Source of the DNA: Chrysomallon squamiferum
Taxonomy: Eukaryota > Animalia > Mollusca
Length of the DNA stretch: 64,000 nucleotides
Reading direction: 5' to 3'
Assembly (NCBI GenBank): GCA_012295275.1
Contig: CM022670.1
Span: forward strand, 15,252,001-15,316,000
Of this stretch, positions 60,854 to 64,000 are shown in pieces. Position 1 is the stretch's first letter. Every line of letters starts with the position of its first letter. The translations under genes and the position numbers were made by a program. The notes under the pieces are model-generated. The model saw nothing but the letters and a program-made list of their open reading frames with translations, ran no database searches and was not told the DNA's origin.

Positions 60854-61520
60854 ATGATGAAATTTCTGCTTGTTTTCTTGTTGGTTTGTCTGGTGATTGC
60901 CTCTGTGTCAAGCCAATTCCTTGGTTACGGTTATGGCGGTCTCTATGGCTACGGCTGGGGCTACCCATACCTTAACGGATATGGCGGATACTGGTATGGA
61001 AAAAGGTAAGTTATTTTTCTTTTCGTTGTAGTTGTTGTTATTGTTGTTGTTATCATTATTATTATCATTATTATTAATAGTAGTAGAAATAGAAGTAGTA
61101 GTAGTAGCAGCAGCAGTAGCAGTAGTAATAATGCTAGTAGTAGCTGTTGTTGTTGTAGTGGTGGTAGTGGCGATTGTAGAGGAAGTGGTAGGACTAGCAG
61201 TATTAGAGATATTGTTAGTAGTTGTAATAATTGTTGTAGTAGTAGCAGTACCTGCTACAGAAGTAGTAGTAGCAGCAGCTGCAACAGGAGAAACAACAAC
61301 AACAGTAGTAGTAGTTGTTGTAATAAAATCATAGTTTCTTGTGTTGAAAGATATTTCTTCTGCATTATTAAATATTGATACTGCAAAATATATTTATACT
61401 GTATACTTCTGCAAGACCATATTTCGATAGGCAAAGTATAAGGTAACTGTCTCTTTACAATGTTTAATTTCAGAGTTACATTTGATTTTGATCACTGCTT
61501 CTTCCTTTTTTAACAGGTGA
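60854..61520 (+). CDS. G8: secreted Gly/Tyr-rich peptide, 51 aa (variant ...YPYLNGYGGYWYGKR)
   Basis: join 60854-61005, 61517-61520; TATA 60648; exon 1 ends 60727; AATAAA 61587. Confidence 0.92.
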
Positions 61521-62837
61521 AATGTTGCTGTGAAAATCAAACGGGATTTCAAAAGACGGATCCGATGTATGTCATGTCAAATACAGAATAAATGTTCCAG
61601 CAAACTTCTCGTGTCTGTCTTCTTAAATATTTATTTCATTATTTCTCTCACATTGACAGTTTTAGTCAAAAACTTCACATGGTTTAAAGTTAAGATAGGA
61701 AATTTTAGAAAATTATGTAAAATAAATTTCGAGAGAAATATAAATTTTCAAATCAAACCCCCCAAAAATGAAGAATACCAGAAATTTCAAATGTCTTTTG
61801 ACGTTTTTATATCAGTTATATTATGTATGAAACATACTCACAGGCATAGACTTTTGCACAAATAGTTATGTAAATAATAATATCAGAGAAAAGAAAGTAA
61901 AATAATAATAATAATAAAAAAAAAAAAAAAAAAAAAAAAAAGACAACAAACAAACAAGAAAACAACAACCAAGAAACGAAAGAAGGAAAAGAAAAAGAAA
62001 AGCAAGCAAGAAAACAAAATAAACAAACAAATATAAACCGAGTTTAGGACTGAAATGTAAGATTAAGTATATATGACAAATAACAGAAATATGTTCTTAA
62101 TATCTCTTCAGAGATAACATTACAGTTTATTGGCCTTTTTTCTCTCTTTTTTTTAACGATTATTTATTAATCTTTGAAATATTAATATATATTTTTCTTG
62201 TTCTCCCTAGTGCGATCGCATAAAAATATATCAGACACTTAGTTTGATTTTACTGAATTTTTATCACTTGATTAACACTGTTTATTGAACTTTGAAATAT
62301 TAAAAGATATAACACTGGAATGAAGACATTTTTTTCTGATTTAAGAAAGAATTATATTAGAAATATACTCCTGTTTATATGTCTCTTTGCCCCACTTTGA
62401 TCGCAGTAAAACAATTTGTTTAATTTGAATGAATCTGTATCATCTATTTAACAAAATATTATTCTTCTAGTACATACACTTTTGATAAGTAAAATTAGTT
62501 GTGATAGTAGTGGTAGTTGTAGCAAAAGTAATAGTGTTACAAGTGGTAAATTTGTACTAACAGAAGTAATTGTAGTAGTATTAGAAGTAGTAATGGCAAT
62601 TGTAATAATAGTAGAAGTACTGGCAGTAGTTCTAGTAGTTATTGTAACAGTAACAGTATTTGTCCTAATGATGAATATGAAACTGCTGTAAATTCGTTAA
62701 ACGTGTTAACAAAATTTTTCTTTTAACTAATAGATGTAGAGCACTAGAAACAACATAAATTTATATATCGAAGTCAAAATATTTCATGGTTAGTATAATA
62801 CACTCAATCTCATTTTGATAAACATTACAAAAATAAC

Positions 62838-62884
<47 letters not shown>

Positions 62885-63927
62885 TAAAATAAATAAACAA
62901 ATAGATAAATAATTCTGAAAATAAAATATGGTAGAAAAAGACAAAATTTAAATAAATAAATATTTAAAATAAAATAAATAAAAGGAAGGATGGAAGAAGA
63001 AGAACGTAATAATAATAAAATAATAATAATAATAATCAGAAATTGAGATGAGAATAGAAATAGCTATATATTACAAGAAGAATGAATATTTTAGATTTTT
63101 TTTTTTTTTAAGTAATAAACATGAAAGCGAATGAAGAGAACTGTAGGACTTCATCTAGAGCTGTGACAGATTTGTAATAATTGTTAAGCATTGACGTTTT
63201 ATTTTATAACAGGAAAATAACAAAAAGTTCTTTATGATGCTTAGTTCAGTCTCTCACATTAGCACACGGCACTTTCAATAACGTTCGCTAATTTAGTAGA
63301 AATAATTAGCTTTGTTATGGTATTTCATAGACGAGTATGTTTTTGTACGTCCGTTTATCAAAAGTACAACAACAAAATAATAATAATAAATAAATAAATA
63401 TAATTGAAAATAAAAAAACATAAAAAAAACTAACAAAACAATAATAACAAAAAAACAACAAAGAAAAAAACAAAAAAACCACACAAACAGTTAAAATAGA
63501 AAGAAAGAAAGAAAAAAGACAAAACCTATTCAAGGTGACTCCCTCTACTCTAGTTCGTAATACAAAGTGAAAACAATAAATCAGTATTTTGAGAACAAAT
63601 AAGGTCACACGTACTTGTCATTCTAGTAATTTTGATTACAGATTCATCTTAAATACGGAAACAGTACTTTTGAAAGTAAAATATAGCGGACATGATAAAA
63701 TGTTTTCTGCAAGATTCTGGGTATAAAAAGAGTAGCTGGAAGAACGTACAGCATCCAGCATCACTGACATTGTTTGAAAGTGTTCATCCTTCAGGGAAAA
63801 CGTAAGCATTTTACTTTATTCAACATAAAACTTTCACTTTAAAGTTCTATTTTATTTAGTTATCTTCACACCATCGATAGTTATATGTGATTAATTTACA
63901 AATGTTACGTTGTTTTCAGAGTTCAAA

Positions 63928-64000
63928 ATGATGAAATTTCTGCTTGTTTTCTTGTTGGTGTGTTTGGTGATTGCCTCTGTTTCAAGCACATTCCTTGGTT
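63928..64000 (+). CDS. G9: secreted Gly/Tyr-rich peptide, truncated by the window edge (MMKFLLVFLLVCLVIASVSS-TFLG...)
   Basis: TATA 63722, exon 1 ends 63801, acceptor ttttcag at 63919, ATG 63928. Confidence 0.88.
   Translation, partial: MMKFLLVFLLVCLVIASVSSTFLG

Larger units (their letters stand above)
48560..61740 (+). repeat. Tandem segmental duplication carrying G5-G8
   Basis: Near-identical promoter, introns, 3' flank and spacer. ATG-to-ATG spacings are 4258, 4221 and 3412 bp, then 3074 bp to G9. Boundaries approximate. Confidence 0.92.

Noticed and set aside
61032-61334. Hydrophobic poly-Val/Ala ORF
   Set aside because: Degenerate (GTA/GTT/GCA)n trinucleotide tract inside the last intron of G8.

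Overview
Very AT-rich, microsatellite-dense animal genomic DNA with spliceosomal GT-AG introns. A lophotrochozoan or mollusc-like source is my inference and is not proven. Almost all ORFs in the supplied track are microsatellite artefacts; the real genes had to be assembled by hand from splice sites. Left to right: (1) a possible 5' end of a minus-strand gene at <2.5 kb; (2) about 18 kb of apparently non-coding DNA carrying an RFX X-box, a duplicated 60-bp block with a DR5 nuclear-receptor element, and DR1 and CRE motifs; (3) an 8-exon minus-strand Cys-loop (nicotinic-receptor-like) subunit of 454 aa that has lost essentially all acetylcholine-binding aromatic residues and has an unusual M2 pore; (4) head-to-head with it, a complete eIF2-alpha (EIF2S1; 7 coding exons, 329 aa); (5) from 35 kb to the window end, a cluster of at least nine three-exon genes (here G1-G9) for tiny secreted Gly/Tyr/Trp-rich peptides of 48-69 aa. 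These share a signal peptide and TATA promoter; several have an N-terminal Gln and a C-terminal GKR or G, suggesting pyroglutamylation and amidation. G5-G8 lie in young 3.4-4.3 kb tandem duplications, with signs of inversion, gene conversion and a templated-junction deletion. The peptide array and the divergent Cys-loop receptor are the best candidates for undescribed biology.
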